From positions 1 to 44,451 of the IMG/VR virus record IMGVR_UViG_3300037522_000072: 44,451 nucleotides of DNA; one strand, 5' to 3'. Below are positions 8,276 to 17,047 of this stretch, in pieces. The notes beneath the pieces are model-generated. The model worked only from the letters and a program-made list of their open reading frames with translations, had not been told where the DNA came from and did not search any database. Made by a program: the position numbers and the translations under genes. Within the stretch, counting starts at the first letter, position 1. Each line of letters starts with the position of its first letter. This DNA comes from a virus. Its lineage: Duplodnaviria; Caudoviricetes.

Positions 8276-8825
8276 TGACCGAACAGCCCTAGAGAGGCGG
8301 GTGGAATGCGAGAAATGCGAAGGCTCAGGATGGACACGCCACAGTCCGTGTGATTGCTCTGGCGGATTCGTGGGCGTTGTTCTGCGTGAGTTTGTGGTGT
8401 TGGGTGACGCCCAACTACTAGTGCCATGCCCGATTCGCACTGAGCCAGATGGACCGGCTGCCTGCACGGTTTATCCTCAACTGGTAGGCGAGTGTCTCGA
8501 TGAAGGTGAGTGTGACGGCACCGGCCTCGTCCCGGCTCCTATCGGTTCAATCTGGCGCGACGTGGAGATAGCCGAACGAGGCTACGAGAACTTCTACGAC
8601 GGCATCGGCGAGCCTGACGTGGAGATCGTCGACGTCCCCTTCGCTCGTGTTCGGACTGTCCACGTAGTAGCCCGAGAGAAAGTGATCGCGTGCACCAGTG
8701 CGCTCTGTTCGCGTGTGGCTGCTCCGCATATCCGACGAAGTGCGCTGCACCTCCCACGCGACCTATACGCCGCGCTCCCCAACGGCGATCCTCTCTACGT
8801 TTTGGCTGGAGTGACCACACTATGA
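8253..8825 (+). CDS. Cys-rich protein with DnaJ-like CxxCxGxG motifs
   Basis: CEKCEGSG, CDCSGG, ECDGTG; start at second repeat copy. Confidence 0.6.
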   Translation: MTDSRLIVDRTALERRVECEKCEGSGWTRHSPCDCSGGFVGVVLREFVVLGDAQLLVPCPIRTEPDGPAACTVYPQLVGECLDEGECDGTGLVPAPIGSIWRDVEIAERGYENFYDGIGEPDVEIVDVPFARVRTVHVVAREKVIACTSALCSRVAAPHIRRSALHLPRDLYAALPNGDPLYVLAGVTTL

Positions 8826-9040
8826 GCACGCCGGAAGGGACGCGAGTTGAGTATCGAGATTGGGACACCGACCCGTGGTGCCTCAATGGGTGGGGGCCAA
8901 CCGTCAAGCATCCGAGCTGCAACTACACGGGCGGGCACTACTGCGTGAAGGACTACCTGCACACAGGCAGGTGTCGGTGTGAATGCGGCTCTACGTCAGC
9001 AACAAAGCCACCCGTTTTGGATGGAGTAGAGGCGCTGTGA
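8822..9040 (+). CDS. small Cys/His-rich protein
   Basis: ATGA overlap; HYC...HTGRCRCECG. Confidence 0.6.
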   Translation: MSTPEGTRVEYRDWDTDPWCLNGWGPTVKHPSCNYTGGHYCVKDYLHTGRCRCECGSTSATKPPVLDGVEAL

Positions 9041-9354
9041 GCGCCACACTCGGCTCGACTTTGCGGGCTCATCGACTGGGCTGGCGGTATGTCGCGCAGC
9101 TCGACGGCTATCTACGAGTGCGTGACGGCAAGGACGACCAGTTCGTGGTGGACCTGGCGGCTCCTGGCTGCATACCGAGCGACCGTCAAGCTGCTCGATG
9201 TTGGTGGGAATGTGACCCACCCACGAGAGCAGAACTGATCGCAGCAGTGCAAACCGCTGTCGCGGGAAATCTGCCACGTCCGCGAACGAAAGGACTGCGC
9301 TCGATCATGTTCACGACCGATGGAGTCGTCTGCGCTGGAGTGACCGCACTATGA
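9037..9354 (+). CDS. hypothetical protein
   Basis: GTGA overlap with upstream stop and GAGG RBS. Confidence 0.55.
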   Translation: MSATLGSTLRAHRLGWRYVAQLDGYLRVRDGKDDQFVVDLAAPGCIPSDRQAARCWWECDPPTRAELIAAVQTAVAGNLPRPRTKGLRSIMFTTDGVVCAGVTAL

Positions 9355-9482
9355 GTGACGAACTGGTTACGTACAAGATGGCAGACGTTGTGAAGTTCGT
9401 ACTAACTCTCATCATCATGGTCGCGGTCTTCCTCGTGACCGGATGGTGGTTACTGACGGAGGCTCCTTGGTGGATACCGTAG
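9351..9482 (+). CDS. small single-pass membrane protein (43 aa)
   Basis: Hand-translated; hydrophobic run VVKFVLTLIIMVAVFLVTGWW; ATGA overlap. Confidence 0.6.
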   Translation: MSDELVTYKMADVVKFVLTLIIMVAVFLVTGWWLLTEAPWWIP

Positions 9483-10555
9483 ACACATCTGAAGGTGATG
9501 ACCGACCGTCTATCTACTTCGATGTGGAACGCGATAAATGGATCTACCGCATGTCCGCGTTGTGGCAATGCAACCGAATGCTGATTGGTGTGCGTGGTGG
9601 ACTGACACCACGACTTCCTCCGGATTGGTTGCTCAAACGGTTCGATGAAGGACGTGACTCCGAACCAGTCCTACGCGATCGGTTACGTGAAGGTACATTC
9701 AATTGGGTTGGTGACAGAGGGCCAACACTCGAGCGATTCAAAGTTCTCACAACGGACGATTCTCGCAGCTTCCATAACAACGACAGCAACGCATTCCCAT
9801 TCGTGCATCTCGAGTCTGTCCATGATGCGCAGTTCACCGCTGAGATCCCGGTGTCCGACAACATCCTCGTTCGTGGCCACATGGACGATATCGTTCAGTT
9901 GTACCAAGCCGCCGAAGATTTCCCATACGATCTCGGAACGCGGTTTGTGGTCGAATACAAGAAGTTCCGGAAGGACTATTGGAAGAAGTGGATACGACAC
10001 GGATTCGATGGTTTCCCCGAGTATCAGGGGCAGTTGAGTGGGTATATGGATGCAACGGGACTTCCCGCATTGTTTGTGGTCGGACAATGGGATGACGACG
10101 CCGAAAACAACATCGCAACCGTGGAAGCAGTAGTAATCGACACTCCACCCAAGTCCATTGGGAAACTGAAGCTCCGTGTGCTGATGATCGAGAAGTCCGC
10201 GGAAGTAGGACAAATGCCAGATGTGTGCGACACGAAGACATATCCATGTCCGTTGTTCGCCGAACTACACGACGAGGACGAACCGGCTGACGCGACAGTG
10301 CTTGACGCCGAGTTTGAAAGTGAGCTGGCAAAGTACGCGAGCGCGAGTACCATCATCAAAGACGAAGAGAAGAGGAAGAAAGAAGCGGGGAACCGGATCA
10401 AGAAACTCGCTGAACAGGCAGGGTTGGAGAACGGTGACGCGTTCATCGCCGGCGAGTTTGTTGGGACATGGCGGGAACAAGATGTTGAAGGTGGAGTGTA
10501 CGAGAGGAACGCGTACACGAAACGGTACCCAGACTTCAAGGTGAAAGGAACCTGA
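9470..10555 (+). CDS. Cas4/YqaJ-like PD-(D/E)XK exonuclease
   Basis: MSALWQC, RGHMDD, VVEYK, YQGQLSGYM, C-terminal C..YPCP; GGAGG RBS before GTG 9470. Confidence 0.8.
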   Translation: MDTVDTSEGDDRPSIYFDVERDKWIYRMSALWQCNRMLIGVRGGLTPRLPPDWLLKRFDEGRDSEPVLRDRLREGTFNWVGDRGPTLERFKVLTTDDSRSFHNNDSNAFPFVHLESVHDAQFTAEIPVSDNILVRGHMDDIVQLYQAAEDFPYDLGTRFVVEYKKFRKDYWKKWIRHGFDGFPEYQGQLSGYMDATGLPALFVVGQWDDDAENNIATVEAVVIDTPPKSIGKLKLRVLMIEKSAEVGQMPDVCDTKTYPCPLFAELHDEDEPADATVLDAEFESELAKYASASTIIKDEEKRKKEAGNRIKKLAEQAGLENGDAFIAGEFVGTWREQDVEGGVYERNAYTKRYPDFKVKGT

Positions 10556-10560
10556 TCATC

Positions 10561-10713
10561 ATGTACGAAGATCAACTAACTCGAGAAGAACGAATCCGCC
10601 TGGAAGCGCTCAACCAAGCGCACCAAGCTACAGTCACACAACGCACGTCTACATCTGAAGCCATCCAACGCGCCCAATACTACGAAGCGTACATCCGTGG
10701 TGATGACCAATGA
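10561..10713 (+). CDS. small helical protein (50 aa, MYEDQLTREERIRLEALNQA...)
   Basis: Hand-translated; AAAGGA RBS; ATGA overlap with next gene. Confidence 0.7.
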   Translation: MYEDQLTREERIRLEALNQAHQATVTQRTSTSEAIQRAQYYEAYIRGDDQ

Positions 10714-11033
10714 GAAACGAAACGAAAGTCACCATCAGAATCAACTCATCCCCAACAAAGGATGGGTTCACTGTCTTCATCATCAAGTACGAGATCGTGT
10801 GGGATGACAACGACAAATACGTCAGCTCACGTCAGTTCGCGATGAATGAAGCGGGCAAATGGATCGAGTACGGGGACAACAATCTCCTGCCCGTCATTGA
10901 CGTTGTTGGTCCGAATTGGATGCACCGCGGTAATCGTTGGTCGTCTGACACGAGTGGTATCCGCAACTTCCTCGCCGCGGTCAAAGACGAACTCGAGGAA
11001 GGTGACAAAGTACGCGTTGAGGTCATCATCTGA
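10710..11033 (+). CDS. hypothetical protein
   Basis: Coupled by overlaps on both sides. Confidence 0.65.
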   Translation: MRNETKVTIRINSSPTKDGFTVFIIKYEIVWDDNDKYVSSRQFAMNEAGKWIEYGDNNLLPVIDVVGPNWMHRGNRWSSDTSGIRNFLAAVKDELEEGDKVRVEVII

Positions 11034-11815
11034 TGCCACCTACCTACAAGTGTCCTCTCGCCACACCTGAACGCATCGTGACGTTCGGCATGGAGGACAC
11101 CAGCAAATCGTACTCACCTCTACAAATCGCGCGTCGACTACCTGGATCCAACTTCTATGTGATGGATGTGGACTGGTCACCGTCCTATCATCGTGCTCTC
11201 GAGACAGACTTCTCCGACCTAACCAACGTGGAAGTAGTCGAATGTGACCCGGAGGATTGGATAGAACAACTATCCACCGCGGAGCAGTTGACGAAACGAT
11301 GTGAACCGGGCGACTGGTTCGTGTATGACTCATTGACGCAACCTTGGCCCGCGGTGCAGGGATGGTTCACTGAGGAAGTATTCGGGCAGGATGAAGCCGA
11401 CTACTTCCTCGAGGTCCGTAAGGCAAAGAAGGAAGCTGGGGACGCGAAGAAGAGTCTTGGTGCGTTGGATGGGTGGAAGGATTGGCCCGTCATCAACAAG
11501 AACTACAAGCGGTTGAACCGATTGATTCGTCAGTGTCAAGGTCATGTATACGCGACGTGTGAACAGACGAATATCACAACCGAAGACGACAAAGACATAC
11601 GAAAGCTGTACGGTCAATACGGTGTAAGACCGAGTGGTCAGAAGGGTATCGGCCATTCGATGCAGACAGTGTTGTGGTTCACGAAGACCAGTAGTGGCCG
11701 TGAGATCACCACCGTCAAAGACAGGAATCGGACGAAATTGAAAGACGAACCGTTCGATGACTTCTTCCAGGATTACCTGGTGGATATAGCCGGATGGAAA
11801 GTGAGCTTCGGATGA
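11033..11815 (+). CDS. AAA/RecA-fold ATPase (Sak4/AAA_24-like)
   Basis: Walker A-like GMEDTSKS, Walker B FVYDSLT, C-terminal VKDR; lies near the exonuclease. Confidence 0.7.
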   Translation: MPPTYKCPLATPERIVTFGMEDTSKSYSPLQIARRLPGSNFYVMDVDWSPSYHRALETDFSDLTNVEVVECDPEDWIEQLSTAEQLTKRCEPGDWFVYDSLTQPWPAVQGWFTEEVFGQDEADYFLEVRKAKKEAGDAKKSLGALDGWKDWPVINKNYKRLNRLIRQCQGHVYATCEQTNITTEDDKDIRKLYGQYGVRPSGQKGIGHSMQTVLWFTKTSSGREITTVKDRNRTKLKDEPFDDFFQDYLVDIAGWKVSFG

Positions 11816-11976
11816 TCCTCACCTGGCTTACACTCGCATTCCTGCTCGTTACCCTCATCGTTGCCGTGGTGATAATGGTGATGGTCCACAATTCCACCGA
11901 AGAGATAGATGATCTCGAGACGCGGGTACTCCGACTCGAGCGCAAACAACATGATCGTGAGGACGACGGACAATGA
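11812..11976 (+). CDS. small membrane protein with coiled-coil tail
   Basis: Hydrophobic N-terminus; ATGA overlaps. Confidence 0.65.
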   Translation: MILTWLTLAFLLVTLIVAVVIMVMVHNSTEEIDDLETRVLRLERKQHDREDDGQ

Positions 11977-12521
11977 CCCAAATACCACCGATGAGCACAG
12001 CCACATGCCCCATGTGCCATGACTACCTGAGTGCTCATGCAGCCGATGGTGGATGCATGACGCCGGGATGTGGATGCAAGATCGTTCACAGTCAATTCGT
12101 GATGACTGAACGCGGATTGATGATCGGGGAGAAACAACCACAACCACCACAACCACCACAACCACCACCGCAAGAACAGGTACCAGCGTCCAAACCAGCA
12201 CCCGAATCGGACATCAACCTCACCACTCCCGACATGCATGAGTACGCGGACGCTGACCCGGTAGTCGAACCAATGCCCAACATCGAAGGTGTCAATATCA
12301 CCCTCATCGAAGGAATCGGGTTCGGATTCGCCGACGTGATGGACGAGAACGGTGCGTCCAAGATGCTCGCGTTGAGAATCACGGTACCTGGCGTGAATGA
12401 AGCCGGCGAGCTGGTTATGAATGTTGAGACGTTCGCGTGTACCGCGAAGATGATCCCAATATTGAGGGAACATCTGGAATGGATGGAACCACAGGCGCGC
12501 GCGGATGGATTGCTGGGCTGA
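11973..12521 (+). CDS. hypothetical protein with N-terminal Zn finger and PQP linker
   Basis: CPMCH...H...C...CGC; (CAACCACCA)x3 microrepeat near 12141-12167. Confidence 0.7.
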   Translation: MTQIPPMSTATCPMCHDYLSAHAADGGCMTPGCGCKIVHSQFVMTERGLMIGEKQPQPPQPPQPPPQEQVPASKPAPESDINLTTPDMHEYADADPVVEPMPNIEGVNITLIEGIGFGFADVMDENGASKMLALRITVPGVNEAGELVMNVETFACTAKMIPILREHLEWMEPQARADGLLG

Positions 12522-12730
12522 TGGATGAGATGACAGTATCAACGATCTGTCTTCTCACTCTCGCCATGTTCACTGGCCTACTCGTCGGCATTTGGTACGG
12601 CGCGAGAGTATGGGCCGAGTACGCGTATCGCGAAGATCTCCCCAAGTTCTTCTACCCCCGTCCATACGACGTCCTACTCGCCGTAAAGTTCCGGTGGCAA
12701 GTTGGTGAAATGGACGATGAAAGAGACTGA
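12521..12730 (+). CDS. small membrane protein
   Basis: TGATG overlap; one hydrophobic segment. Confidence 0.55.
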   Translation: MDEMTVSTICLLTLAMFTGLLVGIWYGARVWAEYAYREDLPKFFYPRPYDVLLAVKFRWQVGEMDDERD

Positions 12731-12732
12731 GC

Positions 12733-13395
12733 GTGTTGATCTCACCGACCGAACCACCAGAGCTACGCGCCATCGGACGAGTCTCAATGCTCACCGAAAC
12801 CTACGGTTCCGACGTTATGTGGATGACGGCGGCAGGATGGGTGGGGATACAGCGCAAGGAACTGAAGGATCTTATCGCGAGCGTGCGCGACGGAAGACTT
12901 GGAATGCAGCTCAGCCAAATGCAGCGGTTGTCCGTAGCGGTATTGCTAGTCGAAGGTAAACCGCGTTTCACCATTGATGGTGAGATGCTGGTCGATTCGT
13001 GGGGGAATGATGCGAGTTTCACGAAGAAGCATTATCGCGGAGTGCTTTGGAGTGCTCGCGCGGCCGGGGTTCATATCGACTTCACAGAGACACTCACCGA
13101 GACAATCGAGTATTGCACTTGGTTTGAAAATTGGAGCCTCAAGGAGCGTCACTCCGGACTCCGACATAGGCCGGGTCCAGATACGAGTTGGGGGACACCG
13201 GGTCATCGCGATTACGCGGTACATGTGGTTAGTGGGTTACCTGGTGTTGGGACAGAGCTAGCGGGAAGAGTGGTAGATCAGTTTGGCATACCGTTTGGGT
13301 GGAAGATCACCAAAGAAGAGTTGATGACGGTCAAGGGGATAGGTCAGAAGAAAGCCGATCAAATGTGGAAAGCGATTGAGGGAGAAGAACAATGA
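12733..13395 (+). CDS. ERCC4/XPF-Mus81-like structure-specific nuclease with two HhH motifs
   Basis: SD...IQRKxxxDLxxSxxDGRLxxQ, LLVEG; HhH LPGVG and VKGIGQKKA. Confidence 0.85.
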   Translation: MLISPTEPPELRAIGRVSMLTETYGSDVMWMTAAGWVGIQRKELKDLIASVRDGRLGMQLSQMQRLSVAVLLVEGKPRFTIDGEMLVDSWGNDASFTKKHYRGVLWSARAAGVHIDFTETLTETIEYCTWFENWSLKERHSGLRHRPGPDTSWGTPGHRDYAVHVVSGLPGVGTELAGRVVDQFGIPFGWKITKEELMTVKGIGQKKADQMWKAIEGEEQ

Positions 13396-13682
13396 GAATC
13401 AACGTGTACTCCGAGGAACTCACGGATGAATGTGAGTGGGTGAGCAAGACTGTCAATGTCGAGAAGACGGGCGAGATGGTCACCTTCTACGGCATTCGAG
13501 TCTTCCTCAAATCAGCGCCAGAGCTGCACCAAGGTGACGATGATGACCGGAGCGCGATCACGTTTTGGATTCCGTGGACCAAGGCTGATGGCTACAACTT
13601 CAGACTCGTTGATGACATCTTTGCCAAACTGCGATTTCTTCTGGACGACGCTTCAGACGCCGCGGATCTCGCTCATGGATGA
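13392..13682 (+). CDS. hypothetical phage protein
   Basis: ATGA overlap, GGGAG RBS; MRINVYSEE...DDDRSAITFW. Confidence 0.7.
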   Translation: MRINVYSEELTDECEWVSKTVNVEKTGEMVTFYGIRVFLKSAPELHQGDDDDRSAITFWIPWTKADGYNFRLVDDIFAKLRFLLDDASDAADLAHG

Positions 13683-14178
13683 AACAACCACCGAATCCGG
13701 GCTCATCGTCCCCGAACCCGACCCTGAACCTATCACCGTCACCATCGACGGCGAAGAGTTCACCTTCACACCTGACCAGTACGTCGATTACCTCAACGAC
13801 TGCGAGAAGTGGGGTGAGGATCGCGTCAACCGTCTGCTGTACCTGAAGCAAACAACCACCAAGTTTCAGCTTGAGAACTCGATCATGCTTCCCCCACCGG
13901 AAGCCACCAAGCTCCAATTCCAATCCATCGTCAACAAGGTCTACGGCAAGGACAACGCGATTGATTGGGAGATCGACTTCTTCGAGTTGATTGATGAAAC
14001 ACTGAGGAACATCCCCAAAGAGGCCATCGAACAAGCACAAGAGGATCTCGCGTCGCAACAGGCACGCGCGCAGCTACTCGATGGAGTGATGGGGAATCCG
14101 TTGGCTGCAAATCCGGAAGGCATGAACCGGCAGCAACGACGGCAACGCGCAAGGGACATCGCGAAAGGACTGCAATGA
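13675..14178 (+). CDS. hypothetical protein ending in MNRQQRR motif
   Basis: Start trimmed to ATG 13675; NRxxRR-type C-terminal motif common in phages. Confidence 0.7.
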   Translation: MDETTTESGLIVPEPDPEPITVTIDGEEFTFTPDQYVDYLNDCEKWGEDRVNRLLYLKQTTTKFQLENSIMLPPPEATKLQFQSIVNKVYGKDNAIDWEIDFFELIDETLRNIPKEAIEQAQEDLASQQARAQLLDGVMGNPLAANPEGMNRQQRRQRARDIAKGLQ

Positions 14179-14456
14179 GCGACATTGGTGGAGTTAGTGA
14201 TCCGAAGACTCCAGGGGAACCGGAGCGCGAAAAGTCAGCGCGTGAACACTCCGAAGAACTACTCGAGAAGTTGGCGCGCGTGCTCGAACTCCCTGATGGA
14301 ACTGGTAAGTTGAAGTATTCGCTAGCTTGGATGCACTCAAGCATGGTGGATGCAGACAATCCGTGTCGCGCGGTGACCACACCAACTGGTACGTATCTGG
14401 TGACGGTACGAAGGTTGTCAGCAGCGAGTATCAACCGAATAACGAGGCGATCGTGA
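14175..14456 (+). CDS. hypothetical protein
   Basis: ATGA overlap, AAAGGA RBS. Confidence 0.6.
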   Translation: MSDIGGVSDPKTPGEPEREKSAREHSEELLEKLARVLELPDGTGKLKYSLAWMHSSMVDADNPCRAVTTPTGTYLVTVRRLSAASINRITRRS

Positions 14457-14620
14457 AGGCATACTGTCCGATCCGTCAAACAGTGCAACAAACCTTCCGT
14501 TCAACAGGCTCAACCCAATCCGATCAGGTGACCTTCGAGTCTCACACCAAGAAGGACCACACCGACAACGAGGTTGAGTGCGCGGCCACAAAACGTCAAT
14601 GGCGGTTGACGGTCTACTAA
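14453..14620 (+). CDS. small hypothetical protein
   Basis: GTGA and TAATG overlaps with neighbours. Confidence 0.5.
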   Translation: MKAYCPIRQTVQQTFRSTGSTQSDQVTFESHTKKDHTDNEVECAATKRQWRLTVY

Positions 14621-15453
14621 TGAATCTTGGTGATCTCGAGGCGATGTTCGGTGACGTTGACGTTCAGGTCACCTTCGAGCGTCATGGCCATGACCGCGCG
14701 CTCCTAGCTCGAGCCCGAGGTCTGGTACGCCGCCACACTCTCGCCTGTACCGCCTGCCCGGCTCACGCCCTCTGCCACGGACCCACGCCGGCCGAGCTGC
14801 CCTCACGGCCCCGTTTCCTGGTGATCGGTGAGGCACCCGGCCCTGAAGAATCCCTCCGTGGGCGTCCGTTCATCGGCCGAAGCGGCAAGCTCTTGCGTGC
14901 CATGTTCGACCGCGCGCAAATCAATCCGACATACGACGTCGGGTATGCGAATGTGGTGTCGTGCTTCCCCAACGATGACGGCAAGATACGTCAACCAACC
15001 GAGCGCGAGATACGCGCGTGCAGCAAGAACCTGTGGGAGCAGATCGAAGCCGCAGGTGTTGATTATCTGCTGCTCGTTGGGGCGCACGCGTTAGCTCAGT
15101 TTCGTACCGATCTCAAGGTAAGTGAAGTTGGCGGCAAAGTCTTCGTGTGGAAGAAACGATTCTTTGTGATGCCAATCCTTCACCCCGCGTACATCTTGCG
15201 AAATATGGGTGTGAAGAAGATGGTCAATAGACAGCTCGCGTACTGGCGTGAAGTTGTATGGAGTGACCAAGGTCTGAAGGCACTAGGGATTGCGTGTGTG
15301 AGATGTGGCGCGTCTGCACACGCGTACGATCCTGACGGTGTGCCGTTGTGTAAGTACCACGAGAAACGAGGCATGGAGACGTGGAGAAAGCAACAACCCG
15401 GATTCGTCAAGACCCGGAAGAAGTCGCGGCAAGAGGGGACGGAGTTGCTCTGA
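14620..15453 (+). CDS. family-4 (Fe-S) uracil-DNA glycosylase with C-terminal Zn-finger-like extension
   Basis: CTAC, GEAPG, RPFIGRSGKLL, NVVSC, HPAYILR; C-terminal CVRC...LCKYH. Confidence 0.9.
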   Translation: MNLGDLEAMFGDVDVQVTFERHGHDRALLARARGLVRRHTLACTACPAHALCHGPTPAELPSRPRFLVIGEAPGPEESLRGRPFIGRSGKLLRAMFDRAQINPTYDVGYANVVSCFPNDDGKIRQPTEREIRACSKNLWEQIEAAGVDYLLLVGAHALAQFRTDLKVSEVGGKVFVWKKRFFVMPILHPAYILRNMGVKKMVNRQLAYWREVVWSDQGLKALGIACVRCGASAHAYDPDGVPLCKYHEKRGMETWRKQQPGFVKTRKKSRQEGTELL

Positions 15454-16148
15454 TTGATGGTGGAAGCTCACACCCCGCGAAGTTCTCGAGTGAAGTAACC
15501 GGACAGATCATTCGAGTTATCAACGAGAAGATGGGACCAGACGCGACAGGATTCGTGCTTGACCCGTTCGCGGGAGTGGGACGAGTACACAACCTTCGCC
15601 GCCAATATTCAGGGTTGAGAACTGTTGGTATCGAAATCGAAGCACCTTGGGCTGACATGCACCCAAGTACATTGTGCGCGAACTCATTAGATATCCCGTT
15701 CCGAAGTGAAACGTTCGATGTGATGATTACCTCACCGACGTATGGCAACAGGTTCTCAGATCATCACAACGCGCAGGATGGAAGTAAGAGGACGTCATAC
15801 ACCCATAATCTGCGCGCATTCCTGGACGATCCCGAATACAAACTGAATCTCGAGAACACCGGCTACTACGCCTGGGGGAATACCTACCGCGCGCTGCATC
15901 GAAGATTGTGGAAAGAAATAATGAGGGTGATGAAGCCAGGCGCGATCATCATGCTAAACGTGTCCGACATCATCCAAAAGTTTGAAGTTCAACAGGTGGT
16001 GAGATGGCATCGGTCGATCTTGCGGATGAACGGTGTTGAGTGGGGACCGGGGAGTGAGTACAGCATTCAGACGCCGAGAATGCGACAAGGGGAGAATTGG
16101 AATCTGAGAGTGAGTAACGAGAAACTGTTAGTGGGAGTGAAGAAGTGA
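15381..16148 (+). CDS. amino (N4-C/N6-A) DNA methyltransferase
   Basis: HPAKF, motif I VLDPFAGVG, GIEIE, motif IV TSPTY; start uncertain (possibly near 15450). Confidence 0.85.
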   Translation: MEKATTRIRQDPEEVAARGDGVALIDGGSSHPAKFSSEVTGQIIRVINEKMGPDATGFVLDPFAGVGRVHNLRRQYSGLRTVGIEIEAPWADMHPSTLCANSLDIPFRSETFDVMITSPTYGNRFSDHHNAQDGSKRTSYTHNLRAFLDDPEYKLNLENTGYYAWGNTYRALHRRLWKEIMRVMKPGAIIMLNVSDIIQKFEVQQVVRWHRSILRMNGVEWGPGSEYSIQTPRMRQGENWNLRVSNEKLLVGVKK

Positions 16149-17047
16149 GCTTCTTCGGCGAACTCGAGTCAGGACCAATACCTGACGTTGTAGAACCGTT
16201 TGTTGCATACAAACTATTTCGAGAACAGGACATACGACTGGTGAGTGGTTTGTCTCGAACGGTAACGTGGAAGCCGGGAGAGTTCCTGACTGCTACATGC
16301 GATGTACCTTCTCAGGGTCCGTTTCCCATCGGGTGTATTGCCGGATGCAGTGACTACAATAGCTGTGATCACAACTACATTTACGAGACCTCCATACCGT
16401 GCAATCCGTGTCCTGGACCAAATGACGGTAACCATGGCGGATTAGGTTGTGGTATCTACTCATATAAGGACCCCCTTGATGCTTGTAGACATGGGCAGAT
16501 TATGAATGGTAATTTCATCCTTGGGCGCGTTTTGGTATGGGGAATCACGTATCTGTACGAGAAGGGATACCGAAGTCAGTACGCGCGGGTTGACGCGCTT
16601 TACACAAACGAACATTTCCATTTGCAGCGGATGCCTGAAGCTCTCGCGCGTGAATACGGTGTGGACCTACTCGAGCTTCAAGCAGTACCGGTAATGCTTG
16701 ATTCGCAAATTGGATTTAGTGGGATGGCTAATTTGATGGCCGGTCAAATGTTCGCACCCAACCCTCTCTACTCGCGAATCGCTCGTGGCCCGGGAGTGAT
16801 GAAACAAAGCCACATCCAATCCTTCACCCTCTATCCCACACAACCATCGTCATCTCTTCTTTGGACGCCATTCAGAACCGACGACGATGGTGATGAAGCC
16901 GACATCATCTCAACACTCACACCAACGTTGATACTCCCCGAGGATCTCACAAACGCGTACAACTTTGAGATTTCCATACAGCCATTCCCACAACACCGAT
17001 TCGACCGAGCAATTCAACTGGTCAACGAAACGAGGAACGATGGGTGA
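16145..17047 (+). CDS. uncharacterised Cys-containing protein, possible ADP-ribosyltransferase-like fold
   Basis: AYKLF, WKPGE..TATC, GCGIYSY, GRVLVWG, EKGYRSQYA; fold assignment is inference. Confidence 0.6.
   Translation: MSFFGELESGPIPDVVEPFVAYKLFREQDIRLVSGLSRTVTWKPGEFLTATCDVPSQGPFPIGCIAGCSDYNSCDHNYIYETSIPCNPCPGPNDGNHGGLGCGIYSYKDPLDACRHGQIMNGNFILGRVLVWGITYLYEKGYRSQYARVDALYTNEHFHLQRMPEALAREYGVDLLELQAVPVMLDSQIGFSGMANLMAGQMFAPNPLYSRIARGPGVMKQSHIQSFTLYPTQPSSSLLWTPFRTDDDGDEADIISTLTPTLILPEDLTNAYNFEISIQPFPQHRFDRAIQLVNETRNDG

Noticed and set aside
9470-10555. Cas4-like nuclease plus DinG as a type IV CRISPR system
   Set aside because: No repeat-spacer array and no Cas5/6/7-like genes seen; both families occur commonly as stand-alone phage genes
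12134-12170. CAACCACCA tandem repeat as a contingency locus or array
   Set aside because: In-frame 9-nt unit encoding a Pro/Gln linker; a length change would not shift the frame
11715-12542. 275-aa minus-strand ORF with WWL repeats
   Set aside because: Antisense shadow of coupled plus-strand genes; the repeat is the reverse complement of the PQP linker
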